From Prorocentrum cordatum (lineage: Eukaryota), in assembly GCA_963575745.1 (NCBI GenBank), contig CAUYUJ010000325.1, forward strand, positions 496,001 to 560,000: a DNA stretch of 64,000 nucleotides, written 5' to 3'. The notes under the pieces are model-generated. The model saw nothing but the letters and a program-made list of their open reading frames with translations. It did not search any database and was not told the origin of the DNA. Shown piece by piece: positions 37,401-49,884 of this stretch (position 1 is the first letter of the stretch; each line of letters opens with the position of its first letter). The translations under genes and the position numbers were made by a program.

Positions 37401-38730
37401 GAGACGTTATACGGAGGTGATGACGTGACATGGGCGCATCTACTTCTGCGAGCGGCATTCGTGAGGCTCGCAGCCCCCCAAAGGATTGCGAGGTCCCGCT
37501 CAGATCTGCGTGGTGCCCTACTCCGCTGGACCCGCCACCAGCCCTTGAAAGTGGCGACGGCTTCGCAGATCGCAGCCCCCCAGGGACGGCGAGGTCTCGC
37601 TCAGATCTGCGCGGTGCCTCACCCCTCGAAAGTGGTGACAGCTTCGCACATCGCTATGCTGGCCCCCCAGCCAGCCCTCGAAAGTGGCGACAGTTTCGCA
37701 AATCGCAGTCCCCCAGGGGCGACGAGGTATAATTTAGACCTGCGGCGGCTACCATACTATAGCTGGCCCCGCAAGCAGACCTCGAAAGTGGCGACAGAAT
37801 CGCAGCCCCCCCACCGGGACGGCGAGGTCTACTTTGGATTTGCGGCGACAGCTATGCTGGCCTCCCCAAGCAGCCCTCGAAAGTGGCGACAGTTTCGCAA
37901 ATCGCAGCCCCCACAGGGATGGCGAGGTGAAATTTGTGCCCGCGGCGGCTACCACCCACTATGCTGCCCCCCAGAGCAGCCCTCGAACGCGACAACAGTT
38001 TTACAAATCGCAGCCCCCCAGGGATGGCGAGGTCTGCGTTGGGCTTGGGGCGGCTACGCACTATGCTGTCCCTCCCAGCAGCCCTCGAAAGTGGCGACAA
38101 TTTCGCAAATCGCAGCCCCACAGGGATGGCGATGTCTAATTTGGGTCCGCGGCGGCTTCCCACTATGCTGCCCCCTCCCAGCAGCCCTCGAAAGCGGCGA
38201 CAGCTTCGCAAATAGTAGCCCCCCAAGGATGGCGAGGTCCACTTTGGGCCCGCGGCGGCTACCCACTATGCTGCCCCTCCCCAGCAGCCCTCAAAAAGCG
38301 GCGACAGCTTCGCAAGACGCAGCCCTCAGGATGGCGAGGTCCACTTGGGTCCGCGGGGGCTACCCAATATGCTGTCCCCCCCAGCAGCCCTCAAAAGTGG
38401 CGACAGTTTCGCAAATCGGCACCCCAGGGATGGCGAGGTCTAACTGGGGCCCGCGGCGGACACCCACTATGCTGCCCCCCCAAAGCAGCCCCCGAAAAAA
38501 GCGACAGCTTCGCAAATCGCAGCACCGCCAGGGATGGGGAAGTGAAAGTTGTGTCCGCGGCGGCTACCCACTATGCTGTCACCACCACCCCGCAGCCCTC
38601 GAAACCGGCGACAGTTTCGCAAATCGCAGCCCCCCAGGGATAGCGAGGTGTAATTTGTGTCCCCCCAGCAGCCCTCGACAGCGGCGACGGCTTCGCAAAT
38701 CGCAGCCCCCCAAGGATGGCGAGGTGTAAT
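34490..38730 (+). mobile_element. Three head-to-tail copies of a family B element carrying a ~101-bp minisatellite
   Basis: CTCGAAAG at 34621, 34723, 34824, 34925. A near-identical ~130-bp leader at 35207 and 37346. Terminal hairpins at 35174-35193 and ~37210-37229, with a degenerate one at ~37323-37343. Confidence 0.85.
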
Positions 38731-39416
38731 GTGTGTATGTGTGTGTGTGTGTGCGTGTGCGTGTGCGTGTGCGTGTGCGTGTGCGTGTGCGTGTGCGTGT
38801 GCGTGTGCGTGTGCGTGTGCGTGTGCGTGTGCGTGTGCGTGGTGCGTGGTGCGTGGTGCGTGGTGCGTGGTGCGTGGTGCGTGGTGCGTGGTGCGTGGTG
38901 CGTGGTGCGTGGTGCGTGGTGCGTGGTGCGTGGAGCGTGGTGCGTGGTGCGTGGTGCGTGGTGCGTGGTGCGTGGTGCGTGGTGCGTGGTGCGTGGTGCG
39001 TGGTGCGTGGTGCGTGGTGCGTGGTGCGTGGTGCGTGGTGCGTGGTGCGTGGTGCGTGGTGCGTGGTGCGTGGTGCGTGGTGCGTGGTGCGTGGTGCGTG
39101 GTGCGTGGTGCGTGTGCGTGGCGTGCGTGTGCGTGGTGCGTGGTGCGTGTGCGTGTGCGTGTGCGTGCGTGCGTGTGCGTGTGCGTGTGCGTGTGCGTGT
39201 GCGTGTGCGTGTGCGTGTGCGTGTGCGTGTGCGTGTGCGTGTGCGTGTGCGTGTGCGTGTGCGTGTGCGTGTGCGTGTGCGTGTGCGTGTGCGTGTGCGT
39301 GTGCGTGTGCGTGTGCGTGTGCGTGTGCGTGTGCGTGTGCGTGTGCGCGTGCGCGTGCGTGTGCGTGCGCGTGTGCGTGCGCGTGTGCGTGTGCGTGTGC
39401 GTGTGCGTGTGTGTGT
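38730..39416. repeat. Compound (GTGCGT)n/(GTGGTGC)n microsatellite
   Basis: Seen directly. Confidence 0.97.
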
Positions 39417-39659
39417 CGTGGGTGGTTCTTACTCCCCTGGGGTCGCTCCGCCTATCTGTCTCGCTTTGCCTTTGGCGTCTCTGTTGCCTTCCCGCTCCTC
39501 TGTTGAGGAGAAGTGTTTTTTGTCAATACGTTGGATCTCTGTGGAGACTCAGACGCTGCCTGGCCTCTCTGGCTCGGCCCTCGCTGCCCACTTTCGGGCG
39601 GCCCGCCGCCCAGTCGCGGTCGGCCGCCCGGAGCAGCCCCGGGGGGGCGGCACCCGCCA

Positions 39660-40110
39660 GGGAGGAGGAGGAGGAGGAGGAGGAAGAGGAGGACGAGGAG
39701 GAGGAGGAGGAGGAGGAGGAGGAGGAGGAGGCGCAGCAGGAGGAGGAGCAGCAGAAGGCGCAGCAGGAGGAGGGGGGGGGCAGGAGGGCAGGAGGAGGAG
39801 GAGGAGGAGGAGGAGAAGCAGGAGGCGCAGCAGGAGGAGGAGTAGCAGGAGGAGGAGGAGGAGGAGGAGGAGGAGGAGGAGGAGGAGGAGTTGGAGGAGG
39901 AGGAGGAGGAGGAGAGAGGAGGAGGAGGAAGAGGAGGGGGAGGCGGAGGGGGAGGAGGAGGAGGAGGAGGAGGGGGAGGAGAAGGAGGAGGAGGAGGAGC
40001 AGGAGGCGCAGCAGGAGGAGGAGGAGCAGGAGGAGGAGGAAAAGGAGGCGCAGGAGGAGGGGGAGGAGCAGGAGGAGGAGGTGGAGGAGAGGGAGGCGGA
40101 GGAGGAGAAC
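39660..40110. repeat. (GGA)n-rich tract
   Basis: Seen directly. Confidence 0.9.
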
Positions 40111-40311
40111 GAGAAAAAGAATGAGCCAACCAATACCAAGCAGAGCCAAGCAACGCCGAGCAATGCCAAGCAATGCCAAGTAACGTCAAGCAATGTGTTG
40201 CATTGCATTGTTCTACGTTGTACAAAACTGATGTCACTTGTTTCGGAACAAACGAGACCCCTAATTGGGGCCGCGCGGGCGACACCCTGTACGGGACACA
40301 CAAACACACAC

Positions 40312-40763
40312 ACTTTGGCGTCGCCGCGCGCGCGGCGGCGCGGCGCAGGTCAGGTCGGACGGGAGCGCGCGAGTCGGTCCAGCTAACGCATGGTGGAAAA
40401 TCTGGATCCAGGAAATCAACAGAACACTCGTGGGGGGGGCGCCGCCAGGGGAGTGACTGGGGGAAGAAGGGCAAGAGGGGAAAGAAAGGGGAAGCGTGGA
40501 CGTGGAGACACAGTCGCAGTGACAAACCGAGACAACAAGCGGGGGCGCAGCGGGAAGGCGGCAACGGCAGCCAGCCAGGAAGGAGGACCGAGGCAGAAAG
40601 TGGACGTGGACCGACCAGGGGGCGCCGAGTAGAAACCGCGAGGCGGCCAGGCAACGCCAAGCGAGGAGCGGGAAGGCAACAGAGACGCCAAAAGCAAAGC
40701 GAGACAGATAGGCGGAGCGACCCTAAGGGTAGAAAAACCACCCACGACACACACACACACACA
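40312..40763 (+). mobile_element. SINE-like element bounded by (CA)n; its last ~95 bp recur inverted at 39405-39500
   Basis: 40663-40762 is the reverse complement of 39405-39500 apart from a few substitutions. Confidence 0.6.
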
Positions 40764-41639
40764 CTGTCGTTTTTTTTTTTTTTGTTGTTTTCTCTCTCTC
40801 TCTCTCTCTCTTTCTATCGCTCCCTCCCACACACACAGGCACACACACACACACACACTTTTGCGGTCGCACGCAACTGGGGCGGAAAACCACACGAGCA
40901 CTCAAGGTCGCACGCCCAGGAAAGCGAACTGGCGCTGGGCGCAGTGAGGCGCCCAGGGACGCCCCGGGAACTGAAAAATGAAAGGGGGAAGAACCGCTGG
41001 GCTCATGATGTTCCAACCTACTTCAGATCGCCAGAAAGAACCTCGGGCACCAAAAAATACCGAAATTGACTGGCTTTCACGTGTCGGGCCCTGGGAGGCG
41101 CTAGTTACTCCTTTGGCTGTTTCGATACTTTCCTGGGTGCCCTAAAGTATTCGGCGGCGAGCGAGGGGGGAAATGAGAGGGAAAAGGCCTGCTCGGAAGG
41201 CTCCGAAGTCCCCCGGGTTTCTGAAAAGTTTCCTGAGCCTTCCCCGAAGACGGAAAAAACGGTTCAGAAAGCCAGAGGGCTTCCGAAAAGCCCCGCCGCC
41301 TTCCGAGAAGGCCTTCTCCTTCTCACTTCCCCCCGTCGCTGGCCGCCGAACTGTCCCTGGGCTGTGGTCCGCAGGCGCGGGGGGGAGCACCAGAGCGCTG
41401 GGCCCTCACCGGGGAGTGGCGCGGGGCAGCGGGCAGCGCTTCGTGGCAGGGAGCAGCGGCGACGCAGCGCCGCGCGGGCGCCGGCGGCGAGGGCGGCAAG
41501 CGAGCGCCGAGGAGGCGAGGCAACGGCCACAACGGGCGCCCGAGGGCCCGCTGCCCGGCGTGGCGTCTGCGGCCGAAGTGCCCACAGAGAGCCAACGTCT
41601 TGAACAAAAAAATCGAAGCGGAAGTTCTTTCGCCACTTT

Positions 41640-42092
41640 CGGCCTCTAGGGGCCCCCGCCGGGCCTCGGGGCCGTCAAGAAAGGACTCGGGATGAGAAAC
41701 CGGTCCTGGGGAACGGGTCGAGACTTCCGGGGACCCCGCACTGAAAACATCACGACGTCGGATCTCTGGGTCAGTGTCGTTGAGCCGATCCCCATCGCCA
41801 TCCCCGTCCAGACCCTCACCGTCTCATCCCTCCAGTGGGGGACGTACCCTTCGAGATCTGACGGAAACTGCCGATACCCCCATCTGAAGGGGGTACACGG
41901 GCCAGCGGGGGCCCAGGCCGCGCGAATGGGGATAGGGGTCGGTTAAACGATGCTCAAGAGAGACCTTCAGGGGCCCCCGCCAGGCCTCGGGACCGTCAAA
42001 CAACGACTCGGGATCAAAAACCACTCCTGGGGGATAGGCCGAGACTTCCAGGGACCCCGCACTGAACATCAGGGCGTCGGATATCTGGGCAC
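41640..42092 (+). repeat. Two ~130-bp direct repeats (41640-41772 and 41961-42092) bracketing a MITE
   Basis: AGGGGCCCCCGCC.GGCCTCGGG.CCGTCAA...GGGACCCCGCACTGAA occurs in both. Confidence 0.8.
41773..41953 (-). mobile_element. Uninterrupted copy of the 32017-33923 MITE
   Basis: The reverse complement aligns with 32017-32150 followed by 33868-33923. Confidence 0.7.
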
Positions 42093-43579
42093 ACGGGCGG
42101 CGCCAAACAGCGCGCCGCCCCACGAGCGGAGCCCGCGGACGACGCCGGCGGCGCACCCGCAGGCGCAGAGAGACGGCGTTTCACCGGTCCGCTCGACGAG
42201 GCCGTCAGTGGATCCCTTGGAGGCCACCAAAAAGTTTGGAAAACACGTCCGTCGTGATTCTGGATTTTGCTCACGACTCGAGGCGGGCTCGGCGTCGAGT
42301 GCAGAGCCGCTTCGCAAAGAGCACCCCGCGGGGCGCGGGGCGCCGAACCGAGCCGAGCCCCCCAGACATGTGGCGTCCTGATTTTTTTTCAGGGCGGCGT
42401 CTGAAATCCCGACCCTTGCCCTGGGACGGGCGTTTCGTCCTGAGCCGTTTCTGTGGACGGCCCCGAGGCCGGGCGAGGGCCCCCCTGGGGCCGAGACTGG
42501 CCAGAAACATCTGGTCCTGATTTTTCGGGGCAATTTCTCAGGGTGGAAGGCTCAGGGTAAAATCCACATGGGCTTCCGCGCCTCGAATATCCCCCCTGTT
42601 TTGCGAGCCCCCCTTTGCAGATTCGAGCCTCGGACATCCATCGAATCGTCACTTCATCACCTTTGACCAGCATGCATAACACATTCATCCAATATTGTCG
42701 TCGTTCGAAGGGTCGCCCGATCCTTTGGCAAACAGCGCGGCGCCCTTTTGCGCGAAGGCCGCTTTACACAGACACGCGCAATTCAAACTCGTCACGAACC
42801 CGCGGCGCCGCCGTTTGCCCCAAACGAAAAGACAGCACGCAGAAGCTGGCAACGGAAAATTTGCACTGGCGGTGGCGTCGCGAACAAAAAACTCCACGCG
42901 TGCTACACCATTCCATCCAATATTTTAACACGCGCGCGGCAGCGCGGAAAACCCGCGAAAACTGGGCCGCCGACGCGAGGGCGCGGCACTGGGGAGGCGC
43001 GCGCGCGTGCAAAAAAACGCGGCTGAACGAATCGTTCCACAACCGAGGGGGGAGCGCGAGCAATATTGGCGCAACGGAGAAATTCAGACGATCTTGGGCG
43101 TCGTCGCAGAAACGCTTGCGACGCAGCGTCGCACTGAGGCCCCGCTACCACTGACGGGGCGCACCCCGCAAACACACAGCGCAGTACCCGCACCAGCGCT
43201 GGGCTCGTTGCCCAAAGGCTTGGCGAAGGCGCGAGCAGGGCTTGGGACCAAAGTTACAAATAGGCGTGCTGAGAGTCGCTCGGCGACAGGGGGAGCGGGC
43301 GATAAAGAGGGAGGGCAGTGGCAGGAAGTGAGCAAGGACTCGAAGGTGTAGAGAGCAAGGAGGGGGGAGGGGGAAAAAAGGCGAAAGGGAAGCGGGCAGG
43401 GAGGGGCGAGAACACACGGAAGAGAGGGAACGAGGACAACAAAGGCAAAAAATGGGGGGCGAGGGAGGGAGCGGGGGAGAATGAGGGAGGGAGCAAGGGG
43501 AAGCGGAAGACGAGGGAGGTGAATGAAGGGAACTGGGAGGAACGAAAGGAGGGAGGAAACATGCAAGCGGGGGGTCGCA

Positions 43580-44013
43580 GTCCCGACAGGGCGCCTACTT
43601 GACAACGCCCGCTCCGGTCCCGACATGGCGCCTACTTGACAACGCCCGCTCCGGTCCCGACGGGGCGTTTCCTTGACAACGCCCGCTCCACTCCCGACAG
43701 GGCGCATACTTGACAACGTCCGCTCCGGTCCCGACAAGGCGCCTACTTGACAACGCCCGCTCCGGTCCCGACGGGGCGTTTCCTTGACAACGCCCGCTCC
43801 GCTCCCGACAGGGCGCTATCTTGACAACGCCCGCTCCGCTCCCGACAAGGCGCATACTTGACAACGCCCGCTGTGGTCCCGACAGGGCGCCTACTCGACA
43901 ACACCCGCTCTGGTCCCGACAGGGCGCCTACTTGACAACGCCCGCTCCGGTCCCGACAGGGCGCCTACTTGACAACGCCCGCTGCAATCCCAACGTGGCG
44001 TTTAGTTGACAAT
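43580..44013 (+). repeat. 37-bp tandem repeat, ~12 copies
   Basis: TTGACAAC-like motif at 43599, 43636, 43673 ... 44006. There are no spacers. Confidence 0.95.
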
Positions 44014-44014
44014 G

Positions 44015-44348
44015 CCAGCCGCGGCTTCCAGCGCATAGCGTGCGCCACATAGTTTGCGCAACTGAACTCGCACCACATAGATTTCACTACATAGGTTACG
44101 CCGCATAGCTTGCATCCACATGGCTTGCGCCACATCGCGTGCAACTCATATTTTGCACCACCTAGCTTGCGCCACAAAACTCACGCCACGTAGCCTGCAC
44201 CACATCGCTTCGGACGCATAGAATGCACCACACAGCTTGCGCCACATAGATAACAACACCACATAGTTTGCACCACGTGGCTTCCCTCGCATAGCTTGCA
44301 CCACATAGCTTGCAACATGTAGCTTGCACCCCATGGCTTGCGCCATGC
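44015..44348. repeat. Degenerate CATAGCTTGC(G/A)CCA repeat
   Basis: Seen directly. Confidence 0.75.
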
Positions 44349-47300
44349 GAGGACAGCAACCTGGAATCTGGAACACCGTCGGGACCCCCCGGGGCCATCC
44401 AGAAACCACCTGTCGGGCCACCCCCGGGGCCATCCAAAAACGCCGGCGGGCCCCCCCCGCGACCATCCAAAAACTGCGCCCGGGACACTCGAAAGAGCCC
44501 CCCGCCAAAACGTCCACCAAAAATTCGCAGAAAAACAATTTCGAATTCCATCGCCAATTTCTCCTCCAATTTTTTAAAGCAGGAATCCCGTCATAAGAAA
44601 ATTGGCGGAGAAATTGGCGGCCGTCCCCCGGGGCGCTTGCGGGGTCCCCCGCGGGGGAGGGGCGGGAAGGTGGAGGAGGGCCGGTGGAAACCGAGGCAGG
44701 AGGTGGAGGGCGAGGGAGCGCGAGGGGGAGTCGAGGGTAAGGGTGGAAGGTGAGGGAGAGGGAATGAGGGAATATGAACGAGGGTGGAAGAGCGGACGGA
44801 AGGTGAGGGCGGACGGGGGTTGGGGTGGGCGGGAGGAGGCAGGGCAAGTGAGATGAGGGACTGCGGGGCGAGGGAGAATGGGTGAGGGCGGAGGGCGAGG
44901 GAAGGCGAACGCATGGCGCGGAAGAGGACGGGGGAGGGCAGAGTGGGGGGCACGGCGGGGGAAGAGAGAGAAGGGGGGGGCGAGGGAGCGCGGGGGAGCG
45001 AAGAGAGGGAAGGGAGGAGGAACAAGGGAGGTGGAAGATAAAAGGAAGAAGAGAGGGGGGCAGGAAAACGGAAGCAGGGAGAACGAGGGTGAAGGAAGGA
45101 GAGACGAGGGACCGCGGAGGGGGAAAGTGGTTGATGGGGGGGGGCGGGGCAGTGCAGGAGCAGGCGAGGGGGTGCAGGAGGGGTAGGGGGGGCGGAAGGG
45201 GGCAGGCACCAGAGGAAAAGGCGCAGGAGGAGGAAGAGGCAGGAGAGGGACCACGTCGTAGAGACACCTGGGCTCTTGGGTTTCCTTAGGGTCCCTGGGC
45301 ACTGTCCTTCCGGACCCCCGGGTTTCCCAGAGGCTCCCTCGGGGAATTCTAGAAAAGATTTCCGTAAATGCCTACGCCTCCCCGCGCAAACGTTGGGGAT
45401 GCGAGGGGCGACGTTCCAGAGAAGACAAATAATTACCCCGCCGACTGGCGAGGGAAGCCCCTGGGGGCTCCCCCGCTGGACTCTGGACGCCGGCGATCGC
45501 GCCGAAAGGGCGGGGGCGCGTCGAAACGAGCGCCCGGCGATGAGTAGGGGGGGCAGGATCGTCACGGCTTGGGGCACCCGCGCAACGGGCCGACGGTTCC
45601 CCCTGGGCGACGCTGACAGGGCGCTCGCCGAGACGGAAGAGTTCGCCACCCACGCGATTCGGCCCCCCAGCGATTGAACGAAAGCCAAAATGAGTCCAAA
45701 AAACTGGGCGAGAAGAAGGGCGACGGAAGGAGGGCCGACGCGAGGCATCACGGCCGCCACCCAACGATCAAACGAACGAGGATGATCAAGGATCAGTCCG
45801 TCGGAACCTCCGAGCACGCTCGCGCAAAATCAAGACAGCCATACTGTTACTTTGTACCGTGGGTTCTGGGAGGTAATACGGGACTGGGCACCCCAATCGT
45901 GGAAAAGGGCTGCCACGCCCGTCGGTCGCCGCGTCTCCCAAGGAGCGGGGCGCCGGGGGTGCTACGAAGGGAAGTTGCCCGGCAACAATATCTGTAGCCG
46001 CGGACTGGGCCCGCGCGAAGGCCCCTTCCAGGCGGGCGGCCCGCGGGCTCGCGGGCAAGATGGGGCGGCGCCCCCTGCGCGCCAGCGACAAGAACAGGGG
46101 GGGATCGAGTGTGGGAACGGCGGGATGCCGCGGGAGGGGAGGGAGGGGACAAACAGCTCCCCTCCTCCCGCCCGCCATCGCCCTTGGCCCACCCTACGCC
46201 CCTTTTGGGGAGGACAGAACTCTCCAGTTATGGCGATGGAGCAACACATGTGAACATCGCGCATATCCATGGGCTGGGCGACGCAACCCGGCGGTGGCCC
46301 GACTTCGGCCCGATGGCTTCGGATCAAAAAGCGCGTTACAAGTTGAACGCAACGTGGAGATCGCGCCAAATGTTGTGGGGGGCAAAGCGAGCCCACTCCA
46401 ACCGCCGATCTACGAATATCAGAAAAATTCAAAACATAAAAATTGACCTCCAACCTTTCTGGTATTGGTCAGAGCTGACACTTCAGGTTTCACCCTTTGC
46501 CCTCCAGCAAAAGAAAACACTCGGTTTGTGTCACGATCGGCGATTCCGTCTGGGGTGGGACGCGCGAGAAAGAAACGGCCCCGAGGCCCGGCGAGGGCCC
46601 CCCGGGGCCGAAAAGGGCCAAACACCTCCCATCCTGGTCCTTTTACGACGCGATCCTGCCCGGGGTGGACGCGCGCAAACACCTCCCGTCCTGACTGCTT
46701 TACGATCGGCGATCCCGTCTGGGGTGGGTCGCGCGAGGCAGAGATGCCGCAAAGGCGTCCGGCCAAGGCTGGGGCAGGGCGCCACGCAGCCGGTCGCCAG
46801 GCCGCTCGGGCACGTCCCCTTACCGGAGGATTTTTGGACGAAAGATGAGAAATACCCACACCAAATACCCTGAGATCCTGGCGACTTCATTTTTCGAGCC
46901 GAGCGTTTTCGCCTCTTCTCGGGCCCTGGGACCCTCACAGATCGATCCGGCTCGAAAAATGACGCCGAAAGATGGAGTCTGGGGCTCTGGGCGCGAATTT
47001 TCACGATGTTGCAATTTTTCGCTGCGTCGGATCTCAGGGTACGCCAACATAGTCACAACTGGTCCGAAAAATCGTCCCTGGACAATTTTTGGACTATTTT
47101 TTAGTATTCCGTGTAGAGGGACAGGCCCGACTTAAGGTTCGGGATCGGGAGCGGGCAGGAGGGGGATGTCCAAGAGGGGGGGCATGTGCGCGGCCCAGGG
47201 GGGGGCCAGGGACGTAATGAAACAAGAAGAGGCGCCATGAAATCAGGGGAAATATCATGGCCCCCGCCATGATATCCACCGCCCCCCTGTCATCACCCCC

Positions 47301-47508
47301 CTCTTTGCCGCCCCCGAAAGGCCAGCGAGGCCCAGCGCGCCACGCAGCCGGGCCGGCGGGGCCGGCGGGGCCGACGGGGCAGGAGTAGGCAGGGGCCGCT
47401 GCCGCGCGGGGGCAGCCGCGGCAGAGGGGCGGCGGATCGAGCTGCGGAGCGGAGGGGGGCCAGCGATCCCCGCACAGCGAGGCCGTGACCACCGGTCAGC
47501 TGGCCTCA

Positions 47509-47659
47509 GGTCGGGCGTGTCCCCCTACAGGGGGGATTTTGAACGAAAAAATATCCACATAAGATTCAAACATAGTCAAAAGAATAGAGAAAAATCGTCC
47601 CCCGACTGTTGTTTTGGGCTATGCTTGGATATTCCTCCTGTAGAGGGACGCGCCCGGCT
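47509..47659. mobile_element. About 150-bp MITE; copies at 50818-50969 and (partial) 47045-47132
   Basis: TIRs GGTCGG(G/A)C.TGTCCC.CTACA / TGTAGAGGGAC..GCCCG.C with a shared AT-rich core (AAAAATCGTCCC). Confidence 0.8.
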
Positions 47660-48923
47660 TAACGCTGGCCCTGCAAGACAAGGCGCCAGCTCCCCGGAGC
47701 CGAGGGGCGGGCAGATCCGCGCCCAAGGGCAAGTGAGCGACGACAAGAAAGAGGTCTTGCGGGAGACGGCATGGCGACCTCACGCGGTGGCCTGCGCCGG
47801 CCACCGGCGCGGCACTCCACGTCGGCGACGAGGGCGCTCGCGCGCGACCTCACGCGAGCAGCTTACGCGCGGATGTCGGCGCGGATGGACCCGTTCTCTT
47901 TTCGTCGCTCAAGTGGGGGCCGGGCGGGCTGGTGCCTCCGAGAAGGCATGCTGCCCAACACCCTAGCCTGGCGGCGCAGCTGCACGAAGCGAGCGCACCA
48001 GAGGGGCAGGGCGGGCGGAAGTAGAGCGCAGGTGAAACCCATCGCTCACGCGGGACACGTCGATCCGACCCTGCCCGGGCGCCAGGGGGCCCCCAGCGCC
48101 GATCCGAGAAATCCGCGCGGACCTCCGAGTCTTTATGTTCATGTCAGTGTTCGTTCCCCTGGAGGAAGGGGAATCCCCTATGGCTGCCAGGAGGCCTGCC
48201 AACGGGAGGAAAGGCGTAAACATCCCTGCTGCCCGCGGCGCACGCGGGCGATCGCGATGAGGGAGACCATCCCTGGTGGCCACCCGTGGTCGGCCACCCG
48301 CTCCTGGCGACACCGGGCGCCCCCTAGTTCCTGCTCCGTCGGCGGGGGACTCAGGGGCGCGCCCATCCTTCAGTCGCCGATACACCCCCAGCACAGCGAC
48401 AGCAGGGAGGTCCCGCTGTCGAAGCGCCTGCGGGGCAGCGGCAGGGCCCCTCGCGAGTCTCAAGCAACGCATCGAGAAACGCCTCGCGAATTTGGGCGCC
48501 GTTGGAGCCGCGGCCGCGGAAGCGGCTCCGCTGAGGCAGAGGCAGCATCGGCTGCATCGCCCTTGCTCCGCCCGGAGGCCCTCGCATTGGCGTGCGGGTG
48601 CCTGGGCACGGGAGATACGTGATACCGTTCCAGTACGCCGGGCACTGACAGCGAAAGCAGCTCTGCCCGTAGCGGGGGGGCACAGAGCGCGGCTTCGTGT
48701 CCGGCGCGCACCACTCGCAAGGGCAGTCTGGAACCCGTATTGGACGGCACGCTCGTAGCCAGGAGCGGAACGGCTCCCAGGTTCCCACCAGCACAAAAGG
48801 TAGGGCCCGTAGCCAGCTACGACCCCGACGGGGCGGGTGGGACCGCGCTTGGGCGGGAGGACCCACAGAACGGAACGGAACGGAACGAAACGCATGTGCG
48901 GGCATGCGCCCGGGCCCCTTAAG

Positions 48924-48984
48924 GGCGAGGCGGGTGAGGCCGTGGCCTCGCATGAGAAGCTGCGCGCGTCGGGGGTCTACTCAG
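48924..48984 (+). CDS. Candidate short host exon (GEAGEAVASHEKLRASGVYS)
   Basis: Acceptor TTAAG|G and non-canonical donor CAG|GACAATG of the type known in dinoflagellates, with GC3-rich codons. Unconfirmed. Confidence 0.3.
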
Positions 48985-49654
48985 GACAATGCGTGCTTCA
49001 GGAGCTGATTTCCCGACACTCCCCACTCATCCGTTTTCTCATGATGTAGCCACGTCGTCTCGTTGAAATCGTAGTGCTTGTGGTGTGAGACTGTCGGAGA
49101 AACCCGTGGGTTTCCTCGTCCGTCCTTTCTGTGATCTCGAACTCATAGCAAAACACGTTCGGGTTGAACTCCTCGGACCTCCAATACACTGCACATGGGT
49201 GTGGGAGCACTGGTGTTCTCATGAACTCTGTGTCACATCCTTCAGGTACCACTCAAGAAACAGATCACCACGTGCAGTCGAAGGCCCATACGCGCTCTGT
49301 GACACACCCAAGAGATCAGCTAGAGGTCGATTGGTGGTGGAAGTGGGAAGTCAAATGTGAGAGGTTGGAGGTCTGAATGTTGTGCTGGTGGAGGGTGGTT
49401 TTTGATTGGTGGAGATGGAAGTATAGAGTCGGATGCTGGAGGTTGGAGGTTGAAATGCTGAGTTGATGGACGCCGAAGTCGATAGACAGAGTTGGCAGTG
49501 GAGAGTTGGATGCTAGAGAATGGAGGTCGTAGGACCCACAGGCGTGTGGCAAACATGATATCCATCACCGCCCGAAAGGCCGCACTGGGCGCACAAGGGA
49601 GCGCGTTCCGAGTCGGCTCACCTGGAAAGGATGCGCCCATGTATCCGCCGTAGA

Positions 49655-49884
49655 GGCCTCCTAGATGTGGTCGGAGTACGTATATGGGGTCGGAGGATCT
49701 CGCCGCATCGCCGATACATCGGCGACACATGGCCGATGCATCGGCAATGCATCGGCGATGCATCGGCAATGCATCGTCAGCGTCGGCGATGCATCAGCGA
49801 CGCGTCGGCGTGGAGAAAATCTGGCGCCGCATCGAGCCGCTTCGCCGATGAATCGGAGATGCGGCGCGATCCTCCGACCCCATC
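49655..49884. mobile_element. Empty MITE (family of 30233-31987) with internal GCATCGGCGAT repeats
   Basis: TIR core ATGGGGTCGGAGGATC.CGCCGCATC / GATGCGGCGCGATCCTCCGACCCCAT. Confidence 0.8.

Noticed and set aside
43580..44013. 37-bp repeats as a CRISPR array
   Set aside because: Units are contiguous with no unique spacers, no cas genes are present, and the context is eukaryotic.
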